DNA from: Acanthaster planci
Lineage: Eukaryota
Direction: 5' to 3'
Assembly (NCBI RefSeq): GCF_001949145.1
Contig: NW_019091401.1
Location: forward strand, 1,178,001 to 1,240,000
Length of the DNA: 62,000 bases
In this document: positions 1-12,620 of the stretch, in pieces
Position numbering within the stretch: position 1 is the stretch's first letter
Layout of the letters: the number at the start of each line of letters is the position of its first letter
Made by a program: the position numbers and the translations under genes
Notes under the pieces: model-generated
Database searches by the model: none
Told to the model about the DNA's origin: nothing
Seen by the model: only the letters and a program-made list of their open reading frames with translations

Positions 1-870
1 AATTGAATCAAAGGACCTCTGCCAAAACTCGATTTCACCCGGCCGTTTTTTTTTTTTGCATATAGGCATCAGCTCATTTCTATGTTTGGTCTAATCATGG
101 AGGAACTTGAAGGAATGATATAATGTAGAATAATATACAATCCGCACTTCACAACGTAAGTATCGGCACTTGAGTGCGAGATACTGACACGTTTCCAAAA
201 GAGAAGTACATAGCTCCCTACTTTATCCAGCTTGGGCTCCACTCTAACCACAACAGAATGCGCCGTTTTCACTCGATTTGCTCATGTTATTCTCATCGAG
301 TCCTGCATGACGATCAGAGTCCAACCATACACAGTAGAAAAGCGGACAAGAAATACAAGACCAGAGTCAGACCCGCCACAAACCTCCCGATCCACACTGA
401 ATCTCACCTGGCCCTTGTACATGTACAGGTGCTCACAATAAGCGCACTCGACGGTTCCTATGGTAGCCGCGGTTCGGTAGTGCGTCGCTACTGTAGCCTG
501 TGTTTACCTTGAAATTGTTGGTATCGAGTCCAGCGTGATAAATCACAATTACCCCCTGCCGGACAATTACTTCTGTCAAAATCTGAACTTCGCAGTCGAG
601 ATGAATGAGATGAAGCATTATGGTTCCTTTCGTTGTTAAGCACGACTTCACTGTCCAAAAGAACCGGTGGAACCGCTCAACAATGCTGGACGACACTGTA
701 ATGGTTTTTCGTTCCATGAACTTGGTTGAGTTAAATATGGTGGGCGTCTTTCCTTGAATATAATGACCGTACTGACGCAAGTGGAGGTCGAACCAAACTC
801 CGTGTGGTGTCCGCTAAAAGAAATACAAGCAAATTCACACTGCGGTCTTATTTGGTTGTAAAGTCAGCGT

Positions 871-884
871 GTTGCTAGGGCAAA
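871..884 (+). promoter_or_regulatory. RFX X-box-like element
   Basis: GTTGCTAGGGCAAA, near match to the X-box consensus GTTGCCATGGCAAC, ~200 bp upstream of a splice acceptor (..ttttgcag at 1085) preceding the long ORF. Confidence 0.4.
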
Positions 885-1237
885 TTATTCGTCGATGATT
901 CAGTTGATGAAACTCACTTGAATGGCTGGAACAAGTCTTCTGGATTGAGGTAGCTAGTGACTGCTCTGGTGTGGTACTTTCTATCTATTGCTTCCTCCAG
1001 TTTTGGCTTATTCGTATCAGTTTATAACTTGGGCAAGATTTATCGACTAATACTGCTTTCTTATACATATATTTTATTTTTGCAGATGACATCTTTAGGC
1101 AATGCTAAGAGTTTGAGCTTTAAGGACACAGTGAAACTACGAACGGGACTCATTTTTTCGTCAGATTTGTGTATTCCCATAGCCACCCTCATGGTGCCTT
1201 AGTAACGCCACGCCCACCATCACCGCACCCCCCAAAA

Positions 1238-2215
1238 ATGAAACCGACATCCAAGAAGCCATCCAGTGCGCCTGCGCGGATATCGGCCAAAGATGACATC
1301 TGGAAGGACATCCACGACTGGGCCAAACCGAGCGGATCACGTGGGGAGGATGGGGCAGAGTACGAAGGGGAGGGGACGGCCATGATTGGCTCCCAACTGA
1401 AGGACAACGTCACCGAGCAACGCATGCTGGAAGGGCGGCTCTTGGACCTGTCTAAGGAGAGGTATAAGTTCATCGTCCAGGTTGCGTGGCAACGAAAGGC
1501 CTTTGTAGATCGTCAAAAGGCCAAAACTGGGGTCATGAAAGACTTGCTGAATGGGATAGACACCTCGCAAGTGGCCACTGGTAAGGGCAAGAACTACAAT
1601 GCCCGCATGCACGCACGACATGACACTTACAAGGAACTTGTGCTCAAAACGTACGGAGAAGAACAGAAGAGTAAACAATCCTCCACGCCGATGAAGGACG
1701 ACTGCTCAGAGGGGGGTCTGCTGGAGATGAAACCCATCTTTCCTAACCCTATTCGTCCTGTATTCAAGACGGAGGTCCCTTCTTCATTGGGCAGCCAGCG
1801 ATTCAATCAAGCGCGTCACTTAATGCTGGACCGACGGAAAAACGCTGGCGTGAATTTCCCTTCCATCGAAGCGAGTCCCGCCAGCAGCGTCGGGGGCCGA
1901 GTCTCGGGCCGTGGTGGTGTCCGGAGCCAGGGCCTCATCACACAACGCCAGAGCACGCCGGCCAACTTCCTCCGGCGGGACGTCCACAAAATGGTCTCGC
2001 AGTTGGGTGAGTTACGGGAGACTAAGTCAGCCAGCAGTATCCCTAAGTACCTGAAGTACCGGGCAGTCTACGACGGCCGGTTTAACCGCTTGGAGAAGGT
2101 GCTTTGCAAGCCGTACACGGGGACCGAGATGGATAGCATGAGAAGTCTCCTACGGACTCTACCACCGGCACCTGCTCCCTCATCACCTTCTCCAGCGCCA
2201 GCTAGTGATGCGTGA
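1238..2215 (+). CDS. Uncharacterised protein, ~325 aa (predicted N-terminal coiled coil, low-complexity middle, C-terminal YDGRFNRLEKVL, Pro/Ala/Ser tail)
   Basis: Long GC-rich open frame; first in-frame ATG in aaaATG context at 1238; in-frame stop upstream at 1106; polypyrimidine+AG acceptor at 1085 gives a 5' UTR. The stop overlaps GTGAGT (2212-2217), so splicing to a further exon is possible. Confidence 0.75.
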   Translation: MKPTSKKPSSAPARISAKDDIWKDIHDWAKPSGSRGEDGAEYEGEGTAMIGSQLKDNVTEQRMLEGRLLDLSKERYKFIVQVAWQRKAFVDRQKAKTGVMKDLLNGIDTSQVATGKGKNYNARMHARHDTYKELVLKTYGEEQKSKQSSTPMKDDCSEGGLLEMKPIFPNPIRPVFKTEVPSSLGSQRFNQARHLMLDRRKNAGVNFPSIEASPASSVGGRVSGRGGVRSQGLITQRQSTPANFLRRDVHKMVSQLGELRETKSASSIPKYLKYRAVYDGRFNRLEKVLCKPYTGTEMDSMRSLLRTLPPAPAPSSPSPAPASDA

Positions 2216-5200
2216 GTGAGTTCACCAGGGTATATGTGCTGGAATTCATCAGATGACCGGTTATCCACTACAATTATTACTGGGCATTGTGGCAGAGATG
2301 TGAAACCTCAAATTTCGAAACGTCAAGTATAAGTATTATGAAGAAGGGCATTACATGTGTTAACTATGTCAACTGAAATTGCGCAGTAATACAGTTTAAC
2401 CCAGTTTAGAACCCTTCTATAAAAGTGAATGGCAATAGGTGTAGCTAAATGTGGAATGACATCTTGGGTAAGTGTCCACGCTGCAAGTTTTGGTGCTAAT
2501 GACTGACGTCAAATGCCATGTCTAACAGTCGACGTATCAGCCATTATTTACTGAATGACGAACACGGTAAGATCATGAGCCGGGATACTGTATGATGTCA
2601 TAAGAAGTTGCATCAAATTTTCTCCGGGAAAAATTGAAGAACTGATCAGAAAATACATGAGACTTCTAATAACAATTTATTTTCATAATTTGTTAAAAAC
2701 CCATGTACTGAACGAAGTACATTGATTTGTACTCAAATACTGCACTGCTATTGTTTGAAGCGATGTGAACAACGAAAAACAAGAAAAAAGATTAATGAAC
2801 TTTTTCAGTTTATTCACGCTGACATTTACATGGGATACACACAAAATGGGTCGAAAAATAATTAGTGACTATATGCTAAAAGTCTCTTCTGAAAGTCAAG
2901 TTTATAAAAGTTGCAAATCTTAATTATATGTTGCTTGATCATTGATTCATTTTCAAGACCTAAGGAGAGAGGAAATAATGGCACAGAAGGTAATTAAAAT
3001 TAGTGATATTGATAGGTCTGATAGTGCTTTGATCTTATAAACAAAAGTGAACCCATAACACTTTTTTTAAACCAGAAAATTACATCACATTGCATGCCAT
3101 GACGACAGCATCGTTTAGAGGCGTGTATGCCGAATGAGATATTACATAATTTGATCTTTATTAGTAATATTTACCCATACATGCATTTTAAACGAAATAA
3201 ATCTTCTAAAAGAATTTACACCATTATGGGCATTTTATGATTTATTTCAGTTTATGGTTAATTAATGGTTTATTTCAGTATTTCACGCAAATCACATTTT
3301 TTTACCCAACAAGTTCACCGAATAACGAAGCAAAGCCATGTATGTTCAATATCAGTTCTGACTCAGTAATACATGCTTTTATAACTTAAAATCTAAATAT
3401 AGGACAAGTAAGACTTGAGGGTTTGCACTGTAGGAGGCTTGTGGGCGCACCATTTTAGGGGAATACCTTTTTAAAGCTTTTGACTTACTGACTGGTGATG
3501 TAAATGTATGGCACGTGTTATACAATAAAGGCCTCAATCAAATGAGAGCGCTTTATATAAGAGTTATGCGACAGTCCGAGAGCGATGACTTGACATGTAA
3601 TGTGTACAGGCTAGTGAAGGGATTGCTGACTTGGCAGGGAAGAGCAATGCAAGTCCAACTTTATTCAGGTCTGCTATCTCCAATGCCTTATCAGACAGCC
3701 CACTCCACTATTTCTCTCAAGAAGACCAGAGCATCATTGTAAGTGGGATCATCAGTGTACTACACCGTACAAAAACCTATGCAATAAGTTCATTTGAGCC
3801 ACTCGAGGTGGCCAACGTTGGCCAGGGCCCCCCAAAAGAGCCCCTTTTTGTTAAATAATGAGAGAGGCGATTTGGGGGTATCTTTCAATAGCCTTTTTTT
3901 CCAAAAGCATTTCAGCTTGATTGCTTGGATAATTAGCCTTTACTGTTCGACGATGATGCACTGAATTTTTCTTTTAAAGACTTTTCATAAATTTTTTCTT
4001 CAAAGGACCAACGAATTGGCATGAGACAAACAAAAACAAACAAAAAATTGCCCATGCCGTTCTTGACATTTGTATGAGGGTTGCTTTGAGGTCAATTTTC
4101 AAAAGACACCATTCATTTCAGAAGTTTGCTGTTCAAACTGTGAAGCCAAAATTTGCTCATTAATACATTCCTGACAAAAGGTTGCTGGGTGACTTATTGC
4201 CCTGCCACGTATGTTCACTCCCATGCCTTTGTACACCATTTAGTTGAGAGTTAGCGCATGTGCATTCGATCACTTTATTGTGTATTTCGAGGAAAGCGAC
4301 GTTGAACACTGTTCCGACACTTTTTTCTTCTGATGGATACCATAATTTATTTTTAACAAATACAAACAAATACGGTTCACGGAAATAATCTGATAACTAA
4401 AAATGATTAGACAGCATTATACCACCGTATTAGATGAACCCAGTTGTACAAAATTGGAAACAAATTCCGAAAAAGTGATTTATAAAAAAATAAACACGAT
4501 CAGATTTGAAAGAAAATCTGTCCACAGTGTTTCCCATTTTTGAACCACTTCTCCAGTTTATCCAAACAAACAAAATAAAATATCGTGTGTATAAAGTCGT
4601 GATAAAGAGCTCAACTCTTCAGAACTTCAGTTCATATCCTCCTAATTATATAAGTTAATTTGTCCCATGTTCTGTCGATCACGCAGGGTCAGTAAGTTAC
4701 GGAAGTAAAAGAAGGACCGCAATGAATTCTTGTATGCTATATCTTGCTAAGGGGAGTTGCTCTCTTACCACGACGAGTTGGAAAAGGGGAGGCTGAACGC
4801 CCTTGCACAGTACACCTGGGGGCGCTGTTCATGATGCGTATATCCCTGCTTCAAGAAGCACAATACGAAGTTAACCTATTTTATACAGCCCTCTCAGGTA
4901 AATGAAGATTGCATTACAAAAATGATTGAAATATAATTTCAAGTTTCTAGGCTTCTCATGACGAATAACAAGCTGTTGCTGTGATGTCATTTCACGAATA
5001 ATGAGCTCCGCAACAATTGCCTGTCGAACGCGGTTATGACCAAGCTTTGCTCGCTATCCTGTCGCTATGTACTGAATCTGTTGCAATTCACTATAGAAAC
5101 AAATATCTCCAAAATTGTAGCAAATTTTGAAATGGCGGCGACATCGACAAATAGCACTACACTTCGGATAATCAAATTATGTTGGAGAATTAAGCATGAA

Positions 5201-5472
5201 ATAAAAAAATGCACTATGCAGTTAAGAAAGCAAAACCGATGAAAAAACGGTGTAGTGGGACACAAAATAATAAGACACGTTTAGAAGGACTACATGAAGA
5301 AAAAATACAGGCCCTTTTCAGTTCGCATCTACGCACTGTATTTAGAAACAACTACGGTCAACTATGGTCTATTCATTTTGACTCCTGAAAAGTCACTTCA
5401 AATTCCACGTGCTCCTGTTTCGCTCCTCGGAAAAGTTCAAGGAAACAACTACGTGGAACATGGGGAATACGC

Positions 5473-5543
5473 CTCCAAACCAAAAATTCCCTTTGTTGGA
5501 AACCAAGCTTTGTTGAAAACCAGGATTTCCTTTTATTGGAAAC
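5473..5543 (+). repeat. Dispersed repeat fragment, inverted copy at 22794-22864
   Basis: ttgttggaaaccaagctttgttgaaaaccaggat matches the reverse complement of the 22.8-kb copy (ttgttggaaaccaagctttcttggaaaccaggat). Confidence 0.7.
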
Positions 5544-8177
5544 GAGGTCCCAAGCAAAGTAAACTTGCCGCTCTGACTGCATCTCACTCTGAGGACACAC
5601 TTTACAACGATGGAGAGCTAATTGGACTAGACGCAGTGATAACCAAATCGCCGAAAACAAGTAGACTAAAAGGCTTAAGAACCAACAGAAAAGAATAAAA
5701 AGTGGGTAGATCTGTTGTTTATGAACTCTGCTATTTCCATACTGGGTTCCAAATTAACCATTTCAGCTATTTATTCAGTGTTACTACTCAGCAAATTATA
5801 TACACACTTCGTATCGTCTTCGTTTCCTTTCCATTTGACTAGTCCTTGCTATTTTTCTCAAAAAAGACAGGTCTCAGAGATCTCTACATTTGCAAAGCGT
5901 TTTAAAATGCAAGCCAATAAATAAAAATGTGTGTGACAGTAAACTGTATAAAGTTCTTCGGCAGAGTCACTTACGAATTTACATAAAAACACCGCGTTGC
6001 GCTATTCTAGTTATACCTTCATACAAAGACACAATTAACATGTTATAAAGGCTAGCCTTTGGGGAAACCCGTGATCAAAGAAATATATTAAGACTGTAAT
6101 TACATTCATATGCGTCATTCAGCAAATGCATCTTGTTTGAAGCACCCTGGTGTTACATCATTGGTTGGCATCTGCATCCAGTAATTCTACAAAACCACAG
6201 TGATATCAGCGTTTATGTCAGTTGACCCGTTGAAGCAATGAAATATCTTCACGACCAAGCAGCTGACAATCGCAACTATATTCAATTTTCTTTTGTGGTG
6301 TGTTCAGGGAATGTAGGAATGTGGAGGGATTTTTAAATTCGGTCCCCGGCATTTAGTTGTACGAAGAAACCCAATGCATGTACTGTGGGTTTTTTTTTAG
6401 CAAAAGGGAGCATTCTATTGTTATTTGTCTTTACTTCGGAAATGTTCACATACAACACATGAATGTATCCCCGTCACCTGATTTGGGGGTCGTACATCAT
6501 GTGTCGTGAAATATTCACTGTAGTGTGTACATCTATAACCCAACTCGGTTGAATATGCCGTTGTGATACGTGGTGTACGTGGGAGGCATAGTTGCGGCTC
6601 ATTACACAAAAAGCTCTACGGACGATACTGATAAAACACATCTGTGGAATTCCATTACTACTGTTTACAACGGCGCATCGTCGCATCGTCGCGTTATCGT
6701 TTTTGAGAGCTTTTTCGGCAGTTATAGGTGGCGCTGTCAAGCTATGGCTCGGTCACCCTTCCTGTAAACGTAAACCTATATGTATAGCACTGCAGAAGAG
6801 TTTGCACAATTTGTTACTTTTTGGAAAAAAGTTAGCCGACGAAACCTACTTTTCTTCCCATCCCGATTCCTGAAGATGGACACAAATTCAGATTATAGGG
6901 GCCTACATTAATGAACCCAGTATCCTGTCAAGTACATTAATGAATACTTTCGGAGCCTATGATCCAACTGACTCAACAGTGGGGTGCCTCCCTTATTCCA
7001 AAAATTGTGCATTTATTTTGATTTGTCCATGGTACTCAACTATTACTGTGTATGATGTGACTACACAGTATCCAATAATTTTGTGGGAAAAGAGTTCTAG
7101 TGGCCCAGTTACTTGGACCATGCTCTGCACTGTGTCTCGCTGATAGTCTAATAAATCATCAAAATAGCCGTTTTAATTTTTTCTGGATAGATTAAACTCC
7201 CTCTTCCAAGTTAAACGACTGTTCAAAATGGCGCCTTCTGGTTCACAAAATTGTACATAATGTCACTTTATTACTTTTAAGGCAGTTCCTGACCAGTACA
7301 GTATTTCACTTTTATTTTATCTTATCCGATTATTTTGCAATCCCTCCTCAACCTTATGTTAAGTGACTTTGTAATTGCATCGTTGCAACGGATCGATTTA
7401 CTTATCTACGCGTAGGCCCCACTTGTCAGGAGATAAACTTGTTTGCCATTAGTTTGGAGCAGGTTACACCTATCCTGAAATCTACGGTAGTTGGCAAATT
7501 CCACATGGTGTGTATTGCAGGTATTTATCAAAATTGCTTCCAGAAGTGATTGAGAAAGAACATTTTTTGTTTAAGTGGTTACATCTAACAGCGAAACACT
7601 GGATGGGCTTAGTGCCCAAATGAGACAATGCGACGATGCGACGACACGACGCGACTATGCAAAGATACGACTACGCAAAGATGCGCCTTTGTAAATGCCA
7701 GCAATCGAATATTTTCTGTCAGCTAGTGAAATTATTCTTACCATTGCACTCGTTAACATGCATTATTCGAATAGTAGTCAACAGCATTCCCAAAGCCCAG
7801 TCTTAATGCTAATTGCAAGGCGTGTAGATCCTCCATTCCGCGTGCTCCATGGAGTACAGCTTAATCTTCCTGATTTCTTTCGAGTCGGCCGAATGATTCA
7901 ATCGCATCAGGGGAGCTTCGCTTCCTTCCTTCCCAACTTGTATCTCGTTGGTGGTGCTAGCTAGCCAGAAGCGGCCGCCAGCAGCTTGAATTCCCTGCAA
8001 ACTTTCGATACTATCACGGGGGCTGTGCTTGCGGAAAATGGTTGAGGAAAATTGCCGGAGTTCTGTCAGAACCAATGAGAGAGAGAATGGTTAAGCAAGG
8101 CTATTAAACTTCCTTGACGAAACAAATTATGGGAAAATGACCAAAAAAAAAATAATTTTAAATAATTTTTGAATTTT

Positions 8178-8333
8178 AGTAGGTGACATAATCCATATGA
8201 GGATTCTGGACCAGCCCCGCCCAAATCCGACACCTGTTTCAGTTCCCCCATAGGCCTATACCACGGCAAAAAGTCACCAACGACGCCCCGGCCGCGCCTA
8301 TGAGGTGAGGCCGGCACTTGCTACCCTAGCTGC
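8178..8333 (+). repeat. Polinton left terminal inverted repeat
   Basis: 8197-8222 atgaggattctggaccagccccgccc is 25/26 identical to the reverse complement of 13942-13967; similarity continues (ttcccccatagg, tatacca.ggcaaaaa, caacgac.cccc, ccctagctgc). Confidence 0.85.
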
Positions 8334-8791
8334 ATGCGCTCGGGCTTTCTCGTGAGCGCCGTAACTTTATTTGGGTCTACAAAAAATTGAATATTTAAAA
8401 ATTTAAAAATATTATTTTACGCTCTAATACTACAACCTCTTGTGAAAATTTTTGCCGGTCTGCCAAAGGAAATTCGGGCGAATACGTGAGCATTTGCAGA
8501 GATAAACCTCGATACACAAAGATTATTATATGCCAAGGCGATCAGGGCGCATCGACGCCAATTAGAGAATTTACAGCGAAAGAGTGATCTATGGAGGACG
8601 GAAAGTGGCCATCTGCTTTTTTGCTATTAGAGTAGTAGAAAAGCAGATTTATGTTCTGGTAACATGCAATTTCGACTTTTCTACTTTTCTGCCACTTCAA
8701 AAAGCATAACGAACATTGTTCGGTTATGCATTTTTTTATTTTTCTGATTTTCTGCTTCAAAAAGGCAGATTTTACTTTTTCTTTGTTCGCT

Positions 8792-10490
8792 GACTGTTAG
8801 ATCAAAAATTTCTCGAGACTGCTGTTGGGAGTAGTACAGAAAATATTTTTGTTATCGTTGCCTCTCGCATTTTTTAGCCAAGAAAAACCCGACGCCCTCA
8901 AACGAGATTACCAAGGTCTAGATTTTCCCCCTTGGAAGTCTTATTGGCAGAAGAAGGCGATAACATTATGAAACAACCAACTTACGCCGTTTGTGATTTA
9001 CCCATAACGCCTGTGGGTTTTGTTATGCCGTTGTTAGATGTGATGGACAGCGCAAGTTTTAAGAGCTATAGAGGTAAAGATGCAGCAAGTCATTTTATCA
9101 AGTCATTATCAAGTCGATAATAAGAGAACAAAATTACATCAAATTACGTATTTGCAAATCCCCTATCTCTATCTACCATTGGGGTCAGGAAGAACGTAAG
9201 TGAGTGATGTACGTGTTGGATCTGCGAATAATTAATTTATGCAAACAATGCAAGTAACTGCCATTGTATAAATCCAAGAGAACCCGAGACAAAGAAGAAA
9301 AAGTCAAGTACTCCCAGATAAACAACAAAGGATTCACAAATTACAATTGCCTGAATTGTAGAACGAAAATAAACAAATTTAGAAAAGTCAGAGACTATTG
9401 TCACGTCGCGGGAAAACTTAGGGGCACAGCCCATTCACACTGCAATTAGACCCGACGAAACACCAGTATACTGGTCATCTTTTACAACTTGGAAAGTCAC
9501 GACGCGCATCTTCATTATGCAGGCCATCTCAAAGAAATACATTAGCTTTATATTGGGAAATTTGCATTTTAGAGACTCATTCAACTTTACGGCTGCAGTC
9601 TCTCCATAAATTGGTATAAAGCCTATCCCGAAGAGTCTGTTAGCTTGTTAAAAGATCACTTTAATACGAGTGAAGAAAAAGTCAAGGTGTTATTGCAAAA
9701 ATCGTTTATTCTTACGAGTATGTAAACAGTTTTGATAAATTTGACGAACTCCAATTGGCACCCATTGCAGAATTTTACAGCTTACACTGTAAAGCAGGAA
9801 AGTGTATCCCCAGAGGACTACCCCGGAGCAAAACAAGTGTGGGGAGCTTTGGACTGTAAAATTCTTGGTGACAATCACAAGTGGCTTAAATCTGTGTTAG
9901 AAATTGGGGGATAGGGAACGCGGAAAGGTGGGGGATGACTTGCCCCACCATGAATATTTGAAAAGCGAGGAGTGGGGGGTCTACACCATATATAGGGGGC
10001 GATGTTCGTTATAAAGATGTACATCTGTAATGGGATCAAATTCATGCAGAATCTTACATCAGAATGGCACATTTATTACTTTATAAAATTGCTTCCCCTT
10101 TTTAGTGATATTGCAAACATTCTAGTCGTTGAGAAATCCTGAAAATTCTCTACAATCCACTTTCATTTTTTTACTTATTAAAATAAGGGGGGGGGATGAT
10201 TCAATAGCCCACCCCCATCTCAAAAAGTGTGGGGTGATATCTACCGCCCATCCCCCCGGATTTATGCTCAGGCTATCATGACCTTTATGTAATCACTGAC
10301 GTTCTGTTGCTCGCGGGCGTCTTTGAAAATTTCACCAAGCGAATGTCGAAAATTATGGCCTAGACCCAAAACTATTACACAGCACCGGTCTTGAGTTAGG
10401 ACACATACTGGAACACTCACAAATTAAATTGGAGCTACTGACAGATATCGACAAACGTTTGTTCTTGGAAAAAGGGAAGCGGGGAGGTGC
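8792..10490 (+). pseudogene. Polinton protein-primed DNA polymerase B, N-terminal/exonuclease part, frameshifted
   Basis: Motifs in the expected order across frames: IKNFSRLL, CYRCL, YRGKDAASHFIKSL, KVRDYCHVAGKLRGTAHSHCN (EndoVII-like zinc motif), FYNLESHDAHL, FRDSFNF, YHDLYVITDVLLL..VFENF, YGLDP, KLELLTDIDKRLFLEKGKRGG; ends before the polymerase motifs. Confidence 0.85.
9878..10270 (+). mobile_element. hAT-like MITE inserted in the PolB pseudogene
   Basis: Splits LGD|YHDLY; degenerate ends gtggcttaaatc...gatttatgc; flanks gacaatca/ggctatca (6/8, putative TSD); homologous along its length to 40797-41158. Confidence 0.75.
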
Positions 10491-10959
10491 TTCATCGAGT
10501 CTGCTTGAAAGACCTTGTTGGATCGACGTTGAATTCTCTACTGCATGGTGTCCAATTATAAATGTGGTTGTCTAGAGTATTAAGAATGTCGTCACCAGGT
10601 ATTGGGCATTCATGAAATACGAGTGAAAGTAAACGAGGCAGACATAGGCCTAAATGTATCTTTGTCATTGAGTAAGTCCCACCAGACTCCGTAAGCTTTG
10701 CGACACAATACACCGAAAAATTAAGTTGATTTTGATAAAACTTAAAGGATAAGATCTCCACGATTCCGTCTGTTTCAACCCGAGGAAATTTATAGGCTTT
10801 TGTCTTTTACTTGCCACGATGGCCACGTGACTAAAGTTGGTTCCCATTTAAAATAGATGTAGGCTATATATATAATAGAGTAGCGCAGCGAATGTCATTC
10901 GTTCTATCTGAACCAAAATTCCCAGACGTTTAAGTTGTACGACGTGATCGATAACTTGA

Positions 10960-11298
10960 ATGGGCACAAATGTATCTGAGTTAATAAAATTGTTTGCAAC
11001 CGAGGATAATATAATACTTCGACAGAAACTGACTGGCAAACTGAGACGACCAGTAGCGGTAGCAGGCCAGCTGAAAGAGGCCCCAAAGGCAGGTGACCCG
11101 GCACACGCACCCACAGCGACTGGAACAAGAGAAAACCCCGACGCTAGCATTTTAGAATCAATTGAATTTGCAGTGTCGATGAATGAATTACAGGAAGAAG
11201 GCGCAACCTTATTTGATAATGTAATAAACGATTTCATAAGAGCGTATGAAAATGAAATCTATAAGAATTTAGCGATTCCATTATTAAACAAAAACTAG
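10960..11298 (+). CDS. Polinton-internal hypothetical ORF (112 aa)
   Basis: ATG-started open frame between the TIRs, co-oriented with neighbouring viral-type frames; family not recognised. Confidence 0.4.
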   Translation: MGTNVSELIKLFATEDNIILRQKLTGKLRRPVAVAGQLKEAPKAGDPAHAPTATGTRENPDASILESIEFAVSMNELQEEGATLFDNVINDFIRAYENEIYKNLAIPLLNKN

Positions 11299-11526
11299 AC
11301 AACGTTGACGCGCAAAAACATCTTCATAGAAAAAATGAGAAAGTGTGGACTTCCATATTGCATTTGGAAAGATAGAAAAAGTCCAAATTTGGGAAGCTCG
11401 TAAAATTGCGTTGCATTTCATTCAGGTTGGTACGGTGAAGACAAATCAGATGAAACAACGAGAATTGTTAAAAATTCTCAGTCTAATGAAGCAAGAGGTG
11501 TTCTTTTGATTTGGGGATTCAATAGA

Positions 11527-12075
11527 ATGATCATGGGCACCTTCATCCTCAAAACACGAGTCAGCCGTTACAGTCCGGTGAACGGGGTAATTATTGTTAT
11601 ATCACCTTGGTACCATGGAGTTGACCATTTCCATTTCATATTGAATTCAATTTCTGGAGTATCTTTAAAAATTCACAAACAATCTAATTTAGTCACTTTG
11701 ATTGTGACCGATGGAAACCTCAAATTACGTTTACACAGAGAAGTCAGCAAGTTGTTAAACCTTCCCAAGGGCAGACTCGTGCCAAAGGTTATCTATAATG
11801 GTAAATATGACATGAACCCTTTTAAAGTTTTGTATTTACACTGTGAAGAGTTAAGCAGCTACGATAATTACAACATCGGTCGGCCTGCAGACCTGTTGGA
11901 ATTTTTCCCTGCACTGAAGACGCACCGCTAAAGAAATCGGGTAATGATATGAGAAACAGCTTAAAAATAACGAAAAAAGATCAGCAGCTTGAATTTCTCA
12001 GTGGGGAACGACAGGGGAGGAACCATAAAAATAAAGGCGAGGGAGTTTTGATTGAGCTGGAAATTGTTCCGTGCC
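11527..12075 (+). pseudogene. Polinton minor capsid (penton)-like remnant
   Basis: beta-rich pattern SKLLNL...YDMNPFKVLYLHCEEL...IGRPADLLEFFP and, after a frameshift, NKGEGVLIELEI, typical of Polinton minor capsid C-terminal halves (recalled pattern). Confidence 0.6.
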
Positions 12076-12126
12076 GCCAGAGCGGGGGCCGCACGCAAAT
12101 ATTTTTCAAACGTTTGTATAATAAAG

Positions 12127-12620
12127 ATGGCAGACACAGCCGCACAAAGCACAGTGACAGATCAGTATAGACTAAAACTGATTACCGTGAAATGAAAAAC
12201 TAAAGGTTAAATTGGATAAAGATTAACGTTGAAAGAGTATATGATAAGGCATCTACTACATTTAGAAGACTACAATCGGCCTGCGCAATGGTGCTGGCTT
12301 GGGAGTAATTCCATTCATCGATCGTTAGTGTTGATACAGCTCCTCTGCATATTGCTTTGGTTGCGCTCGGTGCCTGTTTTAGCGCTAGTGGTCTAGTTTC
12401 TAAATTTGTCTGCATGGAAATAAACAGACGGAAACACGAGCGTATCGCCTATCTAACTGAAAGTAAACTAACAGGATTAAAGACCCTAATTGTCTAGCGC
12501 GCTAGACACAGAAAATGGTATCATCTTGCAGCAAGAATTTGCCAATATATGAACAGCATCAAAGCTTATAAAGACACTGTTCGAAAGATTCGGGTTGCGA
12601 GTCAAAACGACAAAAAGCTA
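12127..12620 (+). pseudogene. Polinton/adintovirus hydrophobic-hairpin protein remnant ('gasderminX'-like)
   Basis: Two hydrophobic segments (..APLHIALVALGACFSASGLVSKF) followed by KHERIAYLTESKLTGLKTLI..ALD...I.QQEF, matching the recalled KH..I..LA.SKL..I...IS.AL.D..IS..EF family pattern; stops and frameshifts. Confidence 0.6.

Noticed and set aside
508..813. 306-nt - strand open frame bounded by ttttag and AG|GTAAAC, a possible exon
   Set aside because: No recognisable protein family or partner exon; could be chance in a promoter region
4812..4827. CTCF-like motif acacctgggggcgctg (weaker ones near 6725 and 28080)
   Set aside because: Isolated imperfect motifs; not supportable without binding data
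5294..5698. 134-aa ORF
   Set aside because: Overlaps a dispersed repeat; no protein motif
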